NCBI GenBank assembly: GCA_032718475.1 | Contig: JAUCBJ010000969.1 | Span: 1-64,000, forward strand | DNA length: 64,000 nucleotides | From: Nemertoderma westbladi | Taxonomy: Eukaryota > Animalia > Xenacoelomorpha | Reading direction: 5' to 3' | Shown: positions 60,307 through 64,000 of the stretch, piece after piece | Numbering within the stretch: position 1 is the first letter of the stretch | Layout: each line of letters opens with the position of its first letter | Notes under the pieces: model-generated | Told to the model about the DNA's origin: nothing | What the model saw: the letters and a program-made list of their open reading frames with translations, nothing else | Database searches by the model: none | Translations under genes and position numbers: made by a program

Positions 60307-62571
60307 TTAGAGGGATTCAAATGGGTTAATAGGCTGATTATCTTGTTCGGCAGTTTCTGTATCATCATTGTAATCTTGTATTACTTCGGAACTTCTGGTT
60401 TCCTCTTCTATTCCAATTGATTTATATTTATTTATCAAATATAATATGACTCCAAATGGCATCCAAATAACTACCATAATAAATAAGAATGGCATCAGTC
60501 GCAGTGACCACTTTGGGTGTGGTGTTTTCACTAAAGATATGGTTTTATTATTGTAGGATTGATTGAAAATTTCAACTCCACTAGCTTTCTCTGCAGTCCA
60601 TTGCAAGCAAATACCAATTAAAATTATGAACGCAGATAATTTCCACAATAATATAATGTTAACTTGCCTAATCATTATCCATTTCGCGTCGGAATATTTA
60701 ATTCTTTTGATAACTCTGGGGATCCGTATCCAGGATACGTATATTAGTTCCATAATGGCAATGAACATCAGCGGTCGACACACGGTCCACTCTATGAAGA
60801 CCCTTATAAGGTATCGTCCAAGATAGTTACAGAATATTATCACTGCGATGAAACAACCTAATAATCCTGTAGCATAAGATCTTTGATGGTAACTTATATT
60901 CTCGCCGCATAAATAAAATGTTACATCCATTATATCTCTTAGTCCATTAGCTATTGTGTCACAATTTTTTATCAGCACAACCGTTAGAATGAGTAATGTC
61001 CAAAAATTATCATCAAGATTATTGTGAGCCCCTAACACCGACGACATCGTTATAAATGAATAGGCAGTCCCTTCTGCGGATTGTCTGAGGTACCATTCCA
61101 TCTTACAATCACTCCTGTATGTCTTACAGTCATCAAAGGCTTTTGTTGATACGAATCCAAGAGCACAGAAAGTCCCTGATCCGAAGCCTATCGACGTAAT
61201 CATGTTACCAATTATTGTAAACATAGCTTCTATTGTTATACGCGAATAAGTGTTACACTTCGCCATAGTTACCATAGATCCTGTACCCACTCCCAGAGAC
61301 AAAAGTACTTGGGTACACGCGTCCAACCATATGTCCGCATTTAAAAATGGCGTAAACGAACGCAGTGGCGTCACCATGTATCTGAGTCCGTTAACGGCAC
61401 CCGGCAACAAGGCAGCTCTGGTTACAAACATTATCAGGACCACAGTGTACGTTAGGGATATAAACGGCTGTTTGAAACGCACTTTATGGGCTATATGAAT
61501 AGTTACAAATACCCAAACTACCATCATTGTTAACAGTCCACTATTTGTTATGGATACATTTGATACCGATTCGTAGAAGTAATAAGATGCGGAATTTGTG
61601 TTATTGCATAATGTTTTGGTTGATTCTGTAGGATCTTCCCTTGGACACAACATCCATGGCAATGGCGAAGTAAGAGACCTTATGAGATAACTCAAAATCC
61701 ATGATGCCAGGCCACTGTAGGTTATGGCTGTTATCGTATTGCAAATTATTATAGACAATCCTAATCCGGAACCATAGTTATGCTTCCAGTATTTTCGCGG
61801 AATGTTTCCTGTTGTCTGCCGACCCAGGGCGAATTCTATTAATAGCATTGGATATCCAACAAGCAACATACAAACAATGTAGCAAAGAATGAAGGCCGCG
61901 CCGCCGTGTTTATGTGCTAAGGAGGGGAACCTCCACAGAATAGCGAAGTTGAATGCGTATCCAAGTAGGTGGAAATATCCCATGGTCGTCTCATCCCATA
62001 ATGTCGTCGTCACTACTGACGTCACATCATACTCATTAATTAAAACTTCAGATGTGAATCTAACTCTTTTCTTGGATTTATTATTTGGGTCTTCCATAAC
62101 CTCGAATGAATAATATGTTGTACTGTGCGACTCTCCAGATGATTGTTGCGATGACCCACTGGCAGTGGCCGATCGTACAGAGAATCGTTGCGAAGACGAC
62201 TTAGGAGATTCGATGGACTTTCGTTCGATTGGCAAACTGAACCTTCTTTCAGTTTGCCTTTCATTATTGTCCAGATGCAAATGGTTCTCTGACACCACGG
62301 ATGAGGGTATTGGTGTTGGGCTACGCATTCCACGATGGAGATCAAGGATGTCGTCGTTCAACAGCGAATGCAACATTTCATTGTTGACCAGTTGCGTCCG
62401 AAGTGACAGCCGTCGTAATTCCCTTAATGACGTTTCCTTTGTGGTGCTTCGAATATCATCAGTGGATGTTGTAGGCCTATCAGATGGCGGATCATTGCTT
62501 GACTGTGGTGAAATATTAGATGGAACATTATTAGGTGGGTGTGACGACATCTCAGACGTTTGTTTTGACAT
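60307..62571 (-). CDS. Divergent SLC6 (sodium:neurotransmitter symporter family) protein, intronless (754 aa)
   Basis: LWRFP...HGGAAFILCY...GYPMLLIEFALGR, PLPWMLC, LPGAVNGLRY, WLDACTQVLLSLGVG; multiple hydrophobic segments; long Ser-rich N-terminus. Confidence 0.88.
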   Translation of the reverse strand: MSKQTSEMSSHPPNNVPSNISPQSSNDPPSDRPTTSTDDIRSTTKETSLRELRRLSLRTQLVNNEMLHSLLNDDILDLHRGMRSPTPIPSSVVSENHLHLDNNERQTERRFSLPIERKSIESPKSSSQRFSVRSATASGSSQQSSGESHSTTYYSFEVMEDPNNKSKKRVRFTSEVLINEYDVTSVVTTTLWDETTMGYFHLLGYAFNFAILWRFPSLAHKHGGAAFILCYIVCMLLVGYPMLLIEFALGRQTTGNIPRKYWKHNYGSGLGLSIIICNTITAITYSGLASWILSYLIRSLTSPLPWMLCPREDPTESTKTLCNNTNSASYYFYESVSNVSITNSGLLTMMVVWVFVTIHIAHKVRFKQPFISLTYTVVLIMFVTRAALLPGAVNGLRYMVTPLRSFTPFLNADIWLDACTQVLLSLGVGTGSMVTMAKCNTYSRITIEAMFTIIGNMITSIGFGSGTFCALGFVSTKAFDDCKTYRSDCKMEWYLRQSAEGTAYSFITMSSVLGAHNNLDDNFWTLLILTVVLIKNCDTIANGLRDIMDVTFYLCGENISYHQRSYATGLLGCFIAVIIFCNYLGRYLIRVFIEWTVCRPLMFIAIMELIYVSWIRIPRVIKRIKYSDAKWIMIRQVNIILLWKLSAFIILIGICLQWTAEKASGVEIFNQSYNNKTISLVKTPHPKWSLRLMPFLFIMVVIWMPFGVILYLINKYKSIGIEEETRSSEVIQDYNDDTETAEQDNQPINPFESL

Positions 62572-63049
62572 AATGAAATAATTAGTCGTATTTACATACT
62601 ATGAAAATTTACGGAACGAATTTCGTGGTTGAATTTCTAACGTACTATCAGGTATTTGCACATCCACCTCCAAATTTTTATTGTAACTTGTTTGGCTAAT
62701 TTCGTTTTGTGAAATGGGCATGCCCCCCTCCCACATATTTTAGACTAGCTAGTTTTTGTTACTTTAATTCTAAAAAGTTCCGAACATGTTAGTTTTCATA
62801 TTTTAAAAATATTTGTTCTTAAACAAATATATTTTGTTCTAGAACATTTTTAACAATTATCTTTTTAATTATAGTTTTTATTAGTTTTTATTAGAAAATG
62901 TTCTACAACGTGGTAACATACGGTATCACTTTCAACACAAGTAATACAATTTGAGAAATTCCACCAAAAATATTTTATTTCACTTTTTTTCGACGCAAAT
63001 CAAAATAAATTTTATGTTAGCTATAATGTAGTTAAAAGTCCGTCACGGA

Positions 63050-64000
63050 GCAACTTGTTTCTGCAACTTGATCTGAAACTTGTCGCTTGACCCCCTCTCA
63101 CACACAGAAACTTGTTGCTGCAACTTGTTTCAGCAACTTGTTTCTGCAACTTGTTACTGAAACTTGTCGCTGGACCCCCTCTCACACACAGAAACTTGTT
63201 GCTGCAACTTGTTTCTGCAACTTGTTACTGAAACTTGTCGCTGGACCCCCTCTCACACACAGAAACTTGTTGCTGCAACTTGTTTCTGCAACTTGTTACT
63301 GAAACTTGTCGCTGGACCCCCTCACACACAGAAACTTGTCGCTGGACCCCCTCACACACAGATACTTGTCGCTGGACCCCCTCACACACAGAAACATGTC
63401 GCTGGACCCCCTCACACACAGTAACTTGTCGCTGGACCCCCTCACACACAGATACTTGTCGCTGGACCCCCTCACACACAGAAACTTGTCGCTGGACCCC
63501 CTCACACACAGAAACTTGTCGCTGGACCCCCTCACACACAGAAACTTGTCGCTGGACCCCCTCACACACAGAAACTTGTCGCTGGACCCCCTCACACACA
63601 GAAACTTGTCGCTGGACCCCCTCACACACATAAACTTGTCGCTGGACCCCCTCACACACAGAAACTTGTCGCTGGACCCCCTCACACACAGAAACTTGTT
63701 GCTGGACCCCCTCAGCCCTCACACACAGAAACTTGTTGCTGGACCCCCTCACACACAGAAACTTGTCGCTGGACCCCCTCACACACAGAAACTTGTCGCT
63801 GGACCCCCTCACACACAGAAACTTGTCGCTGGACCCCCTCACACACATAAACTTGTCGCTGGACCCCCTCACACACAGAAACTTGTCGCTGGACCCCCTC
63901 ACACACAGAAACTTCTCGCTGGGCCCCCTCACACACAGAAACTTGTCGCTGGACCCCCTCACACACAGAAACTTGTCGCTTCTCCCCCTCACACACATAA
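63050..64000. repeat. 30-bp minisatellite (GAAACTTGTCGCTGGACCCCCTCACACACA) with 71-bp higher-order units at its left end
   Basis: Directly visible; runs off the right edge. Confidence 0.97.

Noticed and set aside
63087-63998. Cys-rich repeat ORFs
   Set aside because: Translation of the 30-bp minisatellite; several frames are open on both strands.

Overview
Repeat-rich eukaryotic window, most likely from an invertebrate animal; the taxon cannot be determined from the sequence. It holds four host genes, all intronless: an ARID4/RBBP1 homologue that runs off the left edge and is missing from the ORF track, HGSNAT, a reticulon and a divergent SLC6 transporter. Mobile elements include two minus-strand BEL/Pao LTR retrotransposons, a CR1-type LINE with intact ORF2, decayed LINE fragments, Mutator-like foldback elements with 9-bp TSDs, a Tc1/mariner derivative, two copies of a non-autonomous Helitron, MITEs and satellites. 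Best leads: (1) neither BEL element has a tRNA primer-binding site, and the bases at that position are instead complementary to a segment of the element's own LTR, suggesting Tf1-like self-priming in BEL/Pao; (2) the full-length BEL carries a decayed extra ORF with a DEDDy-like 3'-5' exonuclease and CCHC zinc knuckles where env would sit; (3) a TSD-flanked, 5'-inverted tandem array of ~411-bp units, each fusing a tRNA-like Pol III promoter to a minimal type I hammerhead ribozyme; (4) all four host genes lack introns. All calls come from manual reading and translation; no searches were run.
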